Below, in pieces: positions 39,128 through 50,200 of a stretch of DNA of 64,000 nucleotides. The position numbers and the translations under genes are program-made. The notes under the pieces were generated by a model. The model saw nothing but the letters and a program-made list of their open reading frames with translations. It searched no databases and was not told where the DNA came from. Origin of the DNA: an uncultured Clostridia bacterium (GTDB taxonomy: Bacteria > Bacillota > Clostridia > TANB77 > CAG-508); contig CALXCB010000001.1 in NCBI GenBank assembly GCA_944386695.1, positions 70,620 through 134,619 on the forward strand, in the 5' to 3' direction. Numbering within the stretch: the stretch's first letter is position 1; the number at the start of each line of letters is the position of its first letter.

Positions 39128-41707
39128 TTATTTTGTTAACCATTTTACTAAATCTAAATTTTCACTATCTAACAACATTTTATTTGTAGGCATTACTCTA
39201 AATGTATAGCCATAATTTCCTCCTGAAGATAATGAAAGCTTAGCTGTATAAGTATATCTTTTGTATTCTGGCTCTTCTAAAACTAGTTTCATTGGTATTA
39301 TTGTTATATTTTCCACTCTTCCATCATCTGAAATCTTTCCACAATATACTTCTACTCTTACATCTTCTTTATTTAAATTAGGAAGTGTTACTTTACAAGT
39401 TACTTCTATTTGTTCTCTTGCTTCTATTTTTATATTTTCAGGGTTATCTCCTTGTTCTATTAATATATTATCCCAATTTGCTGCAATATGTTTTTTCCAC
39501 GAACTATATGCTACTGCATTCTCTAAATTTGAATAATAATTATTATATAAATTCATTAATGGCATATACAATTTTTCAGTATAATCTACAACCATTCTCG
39601 CTGTACTATATTTTCCACCTGTTGTAATGATAGATTGCTTCATTATTTTCATCCATTCTTCAGATGGCTCTTCTTTACTTGGTCTATTAAAAAATGTAGG
39701 TATTATCTTTGTTTCTAATGTTTTATAGATACTTTGACTATCTGCTAAATCTTGTACATTGTAAGAATCATATTCTGCATTTGTTCCTATTGACCATCCA
39801 TTTGTTTGATCATAGCCTTCTGCCCACCATCCATCTAATACACTAAAGTTTATAACTCCATTTACAGCGGCTTTTTGTCCTGATGTTCCAGATGCTTCCA
39901 TTGGCCTACGAGGATTATTTAACCACACATCTACACCACTAACTAAATACCTTGACATTGCTATATTGTAATTTTCCAATAGAAATACTTTTCCTCTAAA
40001 TTGTGGTTTCATCGATATTTCATGTATATATTTGATTAAATCTTGGCCTTCTTTATCAGCAGGGTGTGCTTTACCTGCAAAAACTAATTTTACTGGATGT
40101 TCTTTATCATTTAAGATCTCTGTTATTCTTTCTAGATCATTAAATATTAATGTTGCTCTTTTATATGTTGCAAATCTTCTGGCAAATCCTATAATTAAAT
40201 CATTTGAAGAAATTGATGTTACTATTTCTCTTATTTCGTCATAGCTTACACCTGCTCTTCTTAATCTATTTGTTGTATTGTCCTGTATAAGATCTATTAA
40301 TTTTTGTTTTCTTTCTATATGTGCTTTCCACAAATCTTTATTTGGAATATTCTTTATTTTTTTCCATGTTTCATCTAGATAAATTTTATCTTGCCAATAT
40401 GGTGTTGTTGATGTTGTTAAATATTTATTATATAATTCTTTTAAGTTCTGAGGAAGCCAAGAACATGTATGTATTCCATTTGTTACATATGTAATAGGAG
40501 ATTCATTTGCAGCTATATTTTTCCATACATCACCAAATAATTCTCTAGAAACTTCTCCATGTAATTTACTTACCCCATTCTTCTTACCAGCAATTTTTAA
40601 TGCTAATATTCCCATATTAAATCCTGGCTCTAAGTTATCACAAGGTTTCATTCCAAGTTTTAAAAATTCTTCTCTTCCAATTCCAAGTTGTGACCAGTAA
40701 TCACTAAAATATTTTTCTACCAACTCATTTGGAAATATATCATTTCCAGCTGGCACTGGTGTATGTGTGGTAAACACTGTTTTCGAACTTATTATATCTC
40801 TTGCAACATCAAAAGATACTTCTTTCTCTTCTATAGTAGTCCTAATTAACTCTAATGTTAAAAATGCAGAATGCCCTTCATTCATATGATAAACACTAGG
40901 TCTAGGACCTAATCTTTTAAGTAGTTTGACTCCACCTATTCCTAAAACTATTTCTTGACGTATTCTCATATCTTGATCTCCACCATATAGTTTTAGAGTT
41001 ATTTCTCTATCTTCTGCAATGTTTTCTTCTATATCAGAATCTAATAAATATAGAGGAATCCTTCCAACATTTATCTTCCATACTTTTAAAAATATTGATC
41101 TTTTTTCAAAATTCACCTCTATTAAAACATCTTTGTTTTCTTTATCTTTTAAAGGATGTATTGGTAAATCTTCTAAATCAATATTGTGATATTCTGATTT
41201 TTGTATTCCATATGCTTCTATTTTTTGATGAAAATATCCATTTTTATATAAAAGCCCTATACCTACTAATGGCAAACCTAAATCACTTGCAGATTTTAAA
41301 TGGTCTCCTGATAAAATTCCAAGTCCACCAGAGTATATTGGAATTGTTTCATCTAATCCATATTCAGCTGAAAAATAAGCAATTAAATCTTTTTTATTTT
41401 CAGGATATTTTTTATTAAACCACGTATCTCTACTATTCATATAGTCTTCATAATTTTTTAATACTTTTTCATATTCTTTTACAAAATTTGAATCATTTGA
41501 TGCCATTTCTAATCTTTCTTGTGAGATTCGTTTTAAAAATTTTACTGGATTTTTATCTACAGTTTCCCATAAATCATGATCCATTTTCTTTAGTAATCTT
41601 AAATATTCTGAATTCCAACTCCACCATAGGTTGTTGGCTATTTCGTCTAATTTATTTATACTTTTTGGTAACTGTGGTTCTACAGTTATTTTATTGAATA
41701 CGTACAT
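39128..41707 (-). CDS. glgP: Alpha-glucan (glycogen/maltodextrin) phosphorylase, GT35
   Basis: 859 aa. Motifs EYGL.E..PIYSGGLGILSGDHLK and EASGTSGQKAA (PLP lysine region). Confidence 0.9.
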   Translation of the reverse strand: MYVFNKITVEPQLPKSINKLDEIANNLWWSWNSEYLRLLKKMDHDLWETVDKNPVKFLKRISQERLEMASNDSNFVKEYEKVLKNYEDYMNSRDTWFNKKYPENKKDLIAYFSAEYGLDETIPIYSGGLGILSGDHLKSASDLGLPLVGIGLLYKNGYFHQKIEAYGIQKSEYHNIDLEDLPIHPLKDKENKDVLIEVNFEKRSIFLKVWKINVGRIPLYLLDSDIEENIAEDREITLKLYGGDQDMRIRQEIVLGIGGVKLLKRLGPRPSVYHMNEGHSAFLTLELIRTTIEEKEVSFDVARDIISSKTVFTTHTPVPAGNDIFPNELVEKYFSDYWSQLGIGREEFLKLGMKPCDNLEPGFNMGILALKIAGKKNGVSKLHGEVSRELFGDVWKNIAANESPITYVTNGIHTCSWLPQNLKELYNKYLTTSTTPYWQDKIYLDETWKKIKNIPNKDLWKAHIERKQKLIDLIQDNTTNRLRRAGVSYDEIREIVTSISSNDLIIGFARRFATYKRATLIFNDLERITEILNDKEHPVKLVFAGKAHPADKEGQDLIKYIHEISMKPQFRGKVFLLENYNIAMSRYLVSGVDVWLNNPRRPMEASGTSGQKAAVNGVINFSVLDGWWAEGYDQTNGWSIGTNAEYDSYNVQDLADSQSIYKTLETKIIPTFFNRPSKEEPSEEWMKIMKQSIITTGGKYSTARMVVDYTEKLYMPLMNLYNNYYSNLENAVAYSSWKKHIAANWDNILIEQGDNPENIKIEAREQIEVTCKVTLPNLNKEDVRVEVYCGKISDDGRVENITIIPMKLVLEEPEYKRYTYTAKLSLSSGGNYGYTFRVMPTNKMLLDSENLDLVKWLTK

Positions 41708-41735
41708 TTATTTCGTCCTCCTTGGTAAACTTTCT

Positions 41736-42515
41736 CTATTTTAAATTAATAATCATTTTTTCTTTTAACGACATCTTAAATTCTATTGGCTCATCAATAT
41801 CAATTTTCCTATCTTCTAAGACCATATTAGGATTAATAGTTGTAAGTTCATTTAATTTTTCTTTTCCAATAATATCTTTTATTTCATTCAAAGCTTGTGT
41901 TATTCTAGGGTAAATAGTATTTTTTTTATGAACATCACTTCCAAGGAAATGAATCATATTATTTTCCAAAAACTTTCTTACCATTAATTGAGCTTTTTCT
42001 CCATATCGACCAATTATACTTCCATAATTTGCTTGCATTAATACACCTTTTTGTATTAAATCATAGATTATGTCAGGTTCTTTTTGTACAAAAGAATATC
42101 TTTCTGGATGTGCTAATATTGGTATAAGTTTATTTTGCAACATATCATAAATAATATCATACATATTCATAGGTTTTGTATTCATGGGAAATTCGAAAAG
42201 TATGTATCTGCTTTTATTGATAGTTGTTGCTTTTCCTGTTTCTAAAAGCTCCATAATGTTTTCTGTTAAATAAACTTCATTTCCTAGATATAGTTTTAAG
42301 TCATTATTTTCTTTTTTTAAAATTTCTGAAATGGCATTTATCCAAACTTCCCTTTCAGAAACATTTACATTATAATAATCTTCTATATAATGAGAAGTAG
42401 AAATTATGGTGTCAAATCCTGCCTTTTTAGCTTCATTTAAAAGTTCAAATGTTTCATCTATACTTTTAGATCCATCATCAACATTTGGTAGTATATGTGT
42501 ATGAAAGTCTATCAT
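41736..42515 (-). CDS. PHP-family protein-tyrosine phosphatase (CpsB/YwqE type)
   Basis: MIDFHTHILPNVDDGS plus HPERY and GSD.H motifs. Confidence 0.9.
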   Translation of the reverse strand: MIDFHTHILPNVDDGSKSIDETFELLNEAKKAGFDTIISTSHYIEDYYNVNVSEREVWINAISEILKKENNDLKLYLGNEVYLTENIMELLETGKATTINKSRYILFEFPMNTKPMNMYDIIYDMLQNKLIPILAHPERYSFVQKEPDIIYDLIQKGVLMQANYGSIIGRYGEKAQLMVRKFLENNMIHFLGSDVHKKNTIYPRITQALNEIKDIIGKEKLNELTTINPNMVLEDRKIDIDEPIEFKMSLKEKMIINLK

Positions 42516-42537
42516 AATTTCTTCTCCTTCTTCATCA

Positions 42538-43545
42538 TTATTGTAATTTCTTCTTTTCTTTCTCTAAGTATTCATTTATTTGTTTTAATATATCATTGGT
42601 TTTATCTAATGATACTTTTTCAACATTTTGTGCATTGTTTTCTGTTACAGTGCTTTGTATATTTTCTTTCATATTATTTTTTTCATTCTCTATTGCAACA
42701 TCATTTTTACTTTCAATATTTTTATTGTGATATTGATTTTGATTTATTTCACCATTACTTCTTTTACTATTTACACTATCTTTAAACTTGAAATTTAATT
42801 TATTTAAGTCCACTTTATCTTTTGTCTTTTTTCCTGATAATATTTTATCTTCACCATAATAATAATATCTATCTCCATAACGTTTTGCTGATACTGGAAC
42901 TTTATTTATTACAACTCCTGCTATTCTTCCACTAACATTTTTTATGTTTTTTACAACCCTCTCTAATGCATCTTTCTTTGTTAATTTGTGAGCTGTAACT
43001 ATAACTGTAGAATCAGCAAGTCTGGATAAAATTACAGAGTCTGTAACCAATTCACTTGGTGTTCCATCTATTATTATAATATCACACATAGTTTTTAGCT
43101 CATCTAATAATCTTATCATAGGAGTTGAAACTAAAAGTTCTGAAGGGTTTGGTGGAACATTTCCTGCTGCCATAACATATAAATTTTCTACTTCTGTAGT
43201 TTGAATATAATTTCCTAAATCTTCAGACATATTTCCATTTTCATCAATTTCAACACTAGATAAGAAATTTGAAAGTCCAGGTCTTGGTGAAATTCCAAAA
43301 ATAGCATATTGCCTACCTTTTCTCATGTCAGAATCAATTAAAACAACTTTCTTTCCTGCTTGTGCAAAAGTAACAGATAAATTTGCTGCAACCCAACTTT
43401 TTCCTTCACTTGGAAATGTAGAAGTTAAAAGAAGTACTTTCATTTTTTTATCAACATTCATAAATTGTATGTTTGTTCTAAGTGTTCTAAATACTTCTGA
43501 AATAGGCGATTTTGGATTTTTATGTGCAATTACTTCTTTTTTCAC
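42538..43545 (-). CDS. BY-kinase catalytic subunit (CpsD/YwqD type) with a ~100-aa C-terminal extension
   Basis: Walker A SEGKSW, VLIDSDMRKG and the Tyr cluster RYGDRYYYYGED. An extra Asn/Lys/Glu-rich tail follows the Tyr cluster. Confidence 0.88.
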   Translation of the reverse strand: MKKEVIAHKNPKSPISEVFRTLRTNIQFMNVDKKMKVLLLTSTFPSEGKSWVAANLSVTFAQAGKKVVLIDSDMRKGRQYAIFGISPRPGLSNFLSSVEIDENGNMSEDLGNYIQTTEVENLYVMAAGNVPPNPSELLVSTPMIRLLDELKTMCDIIIIDGTPSELVTDSVILSRLADSTVIVTAHKLTKKDALERVVKNIKNVSGRIAGVVINKVPVSAKRYGDRYYYYGEDKILSGKKTKDKVDLNKLNFKFKDSVNSKRSNGEINQNQYHNKNIESKNDVAIENEKNNMKENIQSTVTENNAQNVEKVSLDKTNDILKQINEYLEKEKKKLQ

Positions 43546-44268
43546 CTTCTTTTACCCCCTTTTTTAGCTTTTTTATCAGTATTAAAATTCTCTATTAGTG
43601 GAATAGACACAAGTACAGGTAACCCAAAACCTTTTTCAATATCTTCTGGTGTTTTTATAGTTGTATCTAACATATTTGCAATTAAAACATACATTATAGC
43701 TATAACTAGTCCTGCTAATGCAAAAATTAGTACATCTTTAACATGATTTATATTAGATGGAACACTTGCAACTTCTGCTTCATCTACTATATGAATATTG
43801 TCTATATTATAAATTTCAGATACCATCTCAGAAAATACTTTTGCTATTTCATTAGCAATTTTTGCTGCATATGCTGCATTTTCGTTTGAAACTGTTATTT
43901 GTATAACTTCTGTCTCATCTTTAGCTGTAACACTAATATTCTTTCTTAGCTCTTCTTCACTAACATCAATATTTAAATTTGATACCACTTGTCTTAAAAC
44001 ATTGTTACTTTTTACAAGTTCACTATATGTAGCTACTAACTTAGAATTTAAAGTTACGTCTGTTGCTGTAATAGAATTTGTTTCTGATGAATCAGAACTT
44101 CCATCTGTCCCTGTTAATACAAGTGTAGTTGATGAAGAATATTTAGGTGTAGTAAATCCTAATGTATAAATTACTCCTATTCCAGTTGCAATTATTACAA
44201 TTAGTACTATTTGAAATATCTTTCCGTAAAAATAAATTAAATAATTCTTTTAAATCTAATTCCTCCAT
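43542..44268 (-). CDS. Chain-length determinant / BY-kinase modulator (CpsC/YwqC, Wzz family), frame interrupted (+1 needed) at CGG 44224-44226
   Basis: ATG at 44268 behind AAGGAG. The 0 frame gives MEELDLKELFNLFL, CGG, and stops after 40 codons. The +1 frame gives GKIFQIVLIVIIATGIGVIYTLGFTTPKYSSSTTLVL... and joins ORF 43542..43988. Confidence 0.85.
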
Positions 44269-44284
44269 TAATTTCTCCTTTAAA

Positions 44285-45145
44285 CTAATTCTCCGGATTA
44301 TATTGATCCTTTTCCCTTTTTATTTTTCTTAAGCTCTTTATTAAAGCAAATACGATAATCAATATAATTCCTGCTGCTAATAATATACATCCATAGCTCA
44401 TTATTTTATTCATAACATCTGTTAAAATGTTTCTTAATACAACTGATATAGCATCATTTAAAATTGTGATTCCTTGTATATTTACTTTTGAAGCTATAAA
44501 TTTGTCTATAATTATACAAATTAATCCAGACACTGTAAGGCCAACTCCTAAATATGCAGTTATTCTATATATTCTTCTTAGATTTAATAGTATCAATAAT
44601 ACTATAGCTACTCCTGTAACTATTAATAATGTTTTATTAACTATATCTATGTAGTTTATTATTTTATTATAGTATGTATTTATTCTTTCCTCGTAATTTG
44701 TATGTGATATAGTGTCTTTATATTCTTCACAAGTTGTTGAAACAAAAGTATTTATAGCACTTTGTTGAGAACTAGCAATACTTCCGCCAAGTGATTCTTT
44801 AATATTGTCATTTAATTTATCCTCTATTTCTTTTGTATCTACTTCTTCATTTGTACCATTAAATATATTATCCAATATTATTTTTGAATCTTTTTCAACC
44901 TTTTCTTTTGTTATTATTCCTTCTAAAACTGACTCATCTAAACCTGATTGGTTTATATATTTTTCAAAATTATCTTCTGCCATATCATATATTTTACTAT
45001 AATAATCTTCCTCTTCTAATTCTGATAAAATATAGTTTTCATTGAAGATTGTAGAGGAAAATATATTAATTAAAACAAGCATTAATATAGATAAAGCTAA
45101 AATTGTTGTTATTATATATCTTAATATTGTTTTTACTACTTTCAT
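44285..45145 (-). CDS. Membrane protein of unknown function
   Basis: N-terminal TM segment, acidic extracytoplasmic domain and 3-4 C-terminal TM segments. Confidence 0.45.
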   Translation of the reverse strand: MKVVKTILRYIITTILALSILMLVLINIFSSTIFNENYILSELEEEDYYSKIYDMAEDNFEKYINQSGLDESVLEGIITKEKVEKDSKIILDNIFNGTNEEVDTKEIEDKLNDNIKESLGGSIASSQQSAINTFVSTTCEEYKDTISHTNYEERINTYYNKIINYIDIVNKTLLIVTGVAIVLLILLNLRRIYRITAYLGVGLTVSGLICIIIDKFIASKVNIQGITILNDAISVVLRNILTDVMNKIMSYGCILLAAGIILIIVFALIKSLRKIKREKDQYNPEN

Positions 45146-45153
45146 TTTTCCCC

Positions 45154-45774
45154 CTAACTTTCTAATTCTGCATATACAACATATCTTTGTGTCGCATAAC
45201 CAATGTTATTAAATGGATAGCATGTATATACCATTAAAATTTCTTTATCTTTTTGAATTGGAAGTTTATCTATTTCTGTTTCTTTTATTAATTGCATATC
45301 ATAAATTTTATAATTAAATTCGCCATATGAAGTTGTTACTTTTATTTCGTTTCCAATTTGTAATTCTGAAAATCTTCTAAAGACTTTAGCAGAATTATGT
45401 CCCATATAAATAATAGAACCTCCTTCACCAGGAAAATAACTACCACTTGAATGTCCTACACCATCTTTTAAAACTTCTAGTGTATCTCCATAGTATACTG
45501 GTAGATTTACGTCTATTTTAGGGATTTCTATAGTAGCATATTTAGTTCCATATTCTGGATAATTTTTTATTTTATTATCCTCTGTCATTACTGTTTCAAC
45601 CTGTTTTGCTTCACTATCAACATCCATCGATACTTTGCTTATTAATGAAATGGTTCCTTCTATTTTAGCCCCAAATAAAAGATAAACTGAAAGCAAAATT
45701 AAGGCAGTAATAAATAAAGCAACTATTAACTGTATAATAGTTGCTTTTATTGTATTTCCTACAAGCTTATGCAT
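45154..45774 (-). CDS. Sortase family transpeptidase
   Basis: N-terminal TM anchor, catalytic His (IIYMGHNS), VYTC Cys motif and a downstream Arg (QRYVVYAE). Confidence 0.8.
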   Translation of the reverse strand: MHKLVGNTIKATIIQLIVALFITALILLSVYLLFGAKIEGTISLISKVSMDVDSEAKQVETVMTEDNKIKNYPEYGTKYATIEIPKIDVNLPVYYGDTLEVLKDGVGHSSGSYFPGEGGSIIYMGHNSAKVFRRFSELQIGNEIKVTTSYGEFNYKIYDMQLIKETEIDKLPIQKDKEILMVYTCYPFNNIGYATQRYVVYAELES

Positions 45775-46288
45775 TAGCTAATTTCTTTCTAGCTACTACT
45801 GCAGCAATTAGGGCTATAACTGCTATTGAAGAAACAACTAAAACTGTGTTATTATTTCCTGTGTAAGCAAGTTTTCCACTATTATCGTAGCTAACACTTT
45901 CAATTAATTTTCCATCTTTATAAATGTCTACTCCACCTGTTTTGAATACTAGTGTAACATCAATTATACTAGCAGCTTCATTAGCTATTTGTTTGATTCT
46001 ATCTTTATCAGCTTTTGATAAATCTTTGTAATTTGTTACTCCTGCTGCTTCTAAAATAGCTACTGCTTCTTCAGCTTTAGCAACGATAGCATTAGCTTCG
46101 TCTTCAGTTACAGGATAATCAGCTAAATATCTTTCTATTTTTACTTTATCTGATTCTTTTGCTCCATATGGAGCTGCCATGTTATATAATGTATCTGCTA
46201 AATTGTCGTTAGTTGTTGCATTAACTCCTGTTACTGTTGCTAAAATTAACATTACTGCTAAAATTGAAATTGTTAATAGTTTTTTCAT
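45767..46288 (-). CDS. Small secreted protein with a sortase-type C-terminal anchor (LAYTG, hydrophobic segment, RKK)
   Basis: Signal peptide MKKLLTISILAVMLILATVTGVNA. The C-terminus reads KLAYTGNN..VLVVSSIAVIALIAAVVARKK. Confidence 0.6.
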   Translation of the reverse strand: MKKLLTISILAVMLILATVTGVNATTNDNLADTLYNMAAPYGAKESDKVKIERYLADYPVTEDEANAIVAKAEEAVAILEAAGVTNYKDLSKADKDRIKQIANEAASIIDVTLVFKTGGVDIYKDGKLIESVSYDNSGKLAYTGNNNTVLVVSSIAVIALIAAVVARKKLANA

Positions 46289-46374
46289 TTTCTTTTATCC
46301 TCCTTTTTTTAAACTGTACATATTATAGCATCATTATTTAATTTGTGCAATACTTTTTTGTATTTTTTTTACTT

Positions 46375-47130
46375 TTATTTTAGTTTTATTGATTTATATC
46401 TTATTAAACTAGCAATTCCTACAGTCGCAATTAGAATCATTATTACAGCAATTTTCGCAATTCCTGTTTTTGGTAAATCTTTTTCTGCTATTGTTTTATC
46501 TTTACTTGAATTTGATGATGAACTTCCTACATTTGATGCAGTACCACTATTTTGCTTTTCTTCACTTCCTGCTATTTGATATCCTGCAAATGTATTTTTC
46601 TCTTCTTCCTTTTGTTCTTCTTCATCTCCTTGTTCTTGCTCTTGCTCTTTTTCTTTTATTGTTATTTGAACTTCTTTTTCGAATTCGAAATCTAAACTAT
46701 CTTCATCATTTACAGTTAACAATCCATTTGTTAACTTTACTGATGTAGTTCCTACAGTTGCATTTTCATTTAATGTAAGTGTTATTTTAGCTATATCTTT
46801 ATTTGGCTCTCCTGTTGATATAGTTTCACCTATTAATCTTTGTGTACTATCTAAATATTGTGCATTCCAATTATTTAATCCTTCGACTGCTACTGAGCTA
46901 AATATGTCTTTATCATATTCTAAAACAGCTTCATATCCCATCATTGGATTTTCTGGTATTTCTGTAAAATCTCCTAATGAAATAGTAAGAGTTACTGTTT
47001 TAGCATCTTGTGTTATCTCAGTTTCTCCTGTAAAGTTAACATCTATATTGCTAGCTGCATTTGATACCTGAAAAAGACCTATCATCATTAGTGAAATCAT
47101 TGATACTATCAATATTTTTATTGCTTTCAT
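46375..47130 (-). CDS. Cohesin-like domain surface protein with LPXTG anchor
   Basis: Signal peptide from ATG 47130 (RBS AGGAGG). A ~125-aa beta-rich module resembles type-I cohesin (..GYEAVLEYDKDIF.., ..IAKITLTLNENATVGTTSVKL..). An acidic linker precedes LPKTG, a TM segment and a basic tail. Confidence 0.55.
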   Translation of the reverse strand: MKAIKILIVSMISLMMIGLFQVSNAASNIDVNFTGETEITQDAKTVTLTISLGDFTEIPENPMMGYEAVLEYDKDIFSSVAVEGLNNWNAQYLDSTQRLIGETISTGEPNKDIAKITLTLNENATVGTTSVKLTNGLLTVNDEDSLDFEFEKEVQITIKEKEQEQEQGDEEEQKEEEKNTFAGYQIAGSEEKQNSGTASNVGSSSSNSSKDKTIAEKDLPKTGIAKIAVIMILIATVGIASLIRYKSIKLK

Positions 47131-47286
47131 CTCTCTCCTCCTTTCATCATTTGATTTATTATTTGTGTTATATTCTATCACTATTTTTATTTTACGACAA
47201 TATAATTTATTTTTCTTTTTTATTACATTTTTGTTACAATTTTATTACATTTTTTGAAATTACTTCCCAAAAAAAAGATGTAACAA

Positions 47287-50200
47287 TTATGTTACACCTC
47301 TTTCTAAAACAATTAGTCTCATTCTGATTAAGTCTTTAATACTTATACTTCTTCCATCTATATTACAATCAGCTGCTATTAACTCTAATTCATCTAAGTT
47401 ATTTCTTAATAATAAATATTTCCTTAGTTTTACAATATCTTTTATGTTTACGTCTCCATCTTTATTAATATCTCCATTTACAATTAAAGTTAATTCTTCA
47501 CCTGCTGATGTTCGTAATATATCTCCTGTTGCTATTATGTCATTTTCAGCTAATGGATTACCATTTCTTACGATCTCATAGTCTAATCCCATGTCTATTT
47601 TTTGATCAAATTCTGATAGTGTTGTGTTATTTTTTATATTTATAATATATGATCCTTTTCTTATGTATTCTTCACTTATATCCTCCATTATTCTAAATTC
47701 TACTGTAACTTCATTTCCAGCTTTATCATTTACTACTAGTTTATAGAAGCCTTCTTCTGTAAGTTCTGTGCCTGGAACATATCCTTCTTCTAAATATGAA
47801 TTTAAATATAGTTTTACTTCATTTAGATTTTCATCTGTAACCATTGGTATTGCTTTATCTATATATTGTTTATTTTCTTCTACTCCTGTAATTACAGGTG
47901 GTGTTTTGTCTATATTGTTTACTGTTGCAGTTAAGTTTAATGATGTTCCTTTTATTTTTATTTCAAATGTAAATTCTCCATTTTGGTTAAATGTATATGT
48001 ATTTTGATTTGAATTATTAAGTACTTCTACATCAAAGTTTGAATTTATTGTTGCTATTACGTCTTGATTTGTTAAGTCTGTTGCTGAATAGCTAATTGTT
48101 GCTGGATTTCTAGAAATATAAAATGTTGTTTCTGTTTGATTGCTTGCTTTGTCTATTGCTACTATTTTATAATTTCCATCTTCTGAAATTGTAGTATTTG
48201 TTTGATAATTTTGCACCTCGTTATTGTCTTTGTATAGTTTTACTTCTTGTAAGTTTTCATCTTGTATTTGTGGTGTTATACTATCTAAATATAGTTTGTC
48301 ATTTTCTACACCAGTAACTGTAGGCGCTGCTTTATCTATATTGCTTACTGTGGCTGTTTTTGTAAATGCTCGTCCTTTTATTGTGTATTCAAATGTAAAA
48401 CTTCCATTTTGATTAAATGTGTATGTTTTACTATTTGAATTATTTGTTACTGTAATATTTGCATTTGTTTTTAATGTTGCTGTTACATCTTGATTTGTAT
48501 AGTCTATTGTTGAATATTCAATTTCTACAGGGTTATTTGCAATATATTCATCTACATATAAATTTGCAAATTCTGTTGCCCAGTTAGCAAGTAATTTGCT
48601 GTGTAAGTTTTTACTTACAATTAATCCTGTTTTTATGTCATTTTCTTCTTCTAATCCATTTATATAATTTGCTTTATCATAGAAATCTTGGCTAAATTCT
48701 AAGATTTTAGTTGGATATACCATTTCTATATCACTATCATTTATTAAGTTTCCTGCATTTGTTATTGAGTTAAGTGTATCTGTTAAATCTACATTTCTTG
48801 TTTTTGCACTTAATGTTACTAAGTCTTCAAATGAGTCCCCTATATCGTCCAACATATCTAGCATTGAACTTAATTTTACATATTCTACTTGTAAGTTTCC
48901 TGATTTATATGCTTGAATTATTGCATTTCCTAAATTGTAGTGTTGCTCCATTAGATTGATTGCTGTTGTTTCGTCTAGTGTTGAATTGCTTGATATATCT
49001 TGTATCTTTTGTTTTAGATTGTCTATTGATGCTTGTAATCCTGATACTTTTGCAATTTCTCCTGAGAAATTTGATGTGAATTCATCATATTTCTGAGTAA
49101 CTGTATTTGATATTGCTTGGTAAAAATAGTGATTTCCAACATTATATAAATATACTGGTGATGTTGTTATTTGGATATTTCCACTCTCATCTGGTGTTAT
49201 ATCTTTTCCATATATGTCCTTTGCTGTCATTTCTCCTAATGTAAAGTCATACGTGTTGTCTGTGTTATCTGACCATGCTATTATTAGTGGCTTTCCATCT
49301 TTGTCATATACATGTGCTTCTAAACCGTCTTCTATGTCTAGTGTTCCTATGTATTCTGAACCGTTGGTGTTTTGGTAGTAGTTTTTCATTGAATAGTATG
49401 ATGGTTTTGGGGTGTAGTCGTTGTTGACTAAGCCATAATTGTTTTCTTTATCATTCTCATCAGTTCCTGTGTTCCAAAAATTATATATAGATGAAAAATC
49501 CACTCCATATTTATCCATTAAAACCGTCTGCTGTATTAACTTATATGCTTGCATTTCTTCTGTTATTCGAGAATATACCGAAATTCCATATTCTGTTGCA
49601 TAATTCCTTAAAAAACCTCCATATTGATTTAATAACTCTTTATATCTACTTAACATTTTATTAAGATTTGGATTTTGTTCTTTTCCATCTGACCCATCAT
49701 ATGGGTGATATGAATAAGCATTAGCAGCTTTATATCCACTATTTCTTGTGAGTTTATCAAAAAATTCCACCGTACTTACAGCATTAGAATTAGTATCTCC
49801 TATTGCAGCTAAAGCTCCTGCTACAATATACGGATTATTTTGATTTTCTTTTGATAATCTATCACAAATACCAACTATATTAGAGTAATATTTTAATTCT
49901 TCTTCTGTCTTATAAGAAAAATTAGGCTCGTTCAAAACTTCATAATTTTTTATTTGAGGATAACGACTAATCGTTTCATTTACAAAAGTTGTAAATTTTT
50001 CAGTCATATCATCAGTTGTAATTTTGCTAGGGAATCCATTAAATTCTAATAAAATCTTTATATCGTTATCTGTAGCCATTTTTATCCATTCATCATAATA
50101 ATAAAAATTATATGTTCCATCATTTCTTACAACACTCGAATAATATAAATCTGCACGTATGTATTGTACCCCCAAATTTTTTAAAGAACGTAAACTAATA

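Noticed and set aside
26536-44226. Considered ordinary homopolymer sequencing error as the full explanation of the frame breaks.
   Set aside because: Not fully rejected, but it fits poorly. The breaks avoid the many long A/T runs, all go in the same direction, and all fall at CGG. In uvrA, removing a G from the GG run would destroy a conserved Gly. The question is kept as an open alternative in the main finding.
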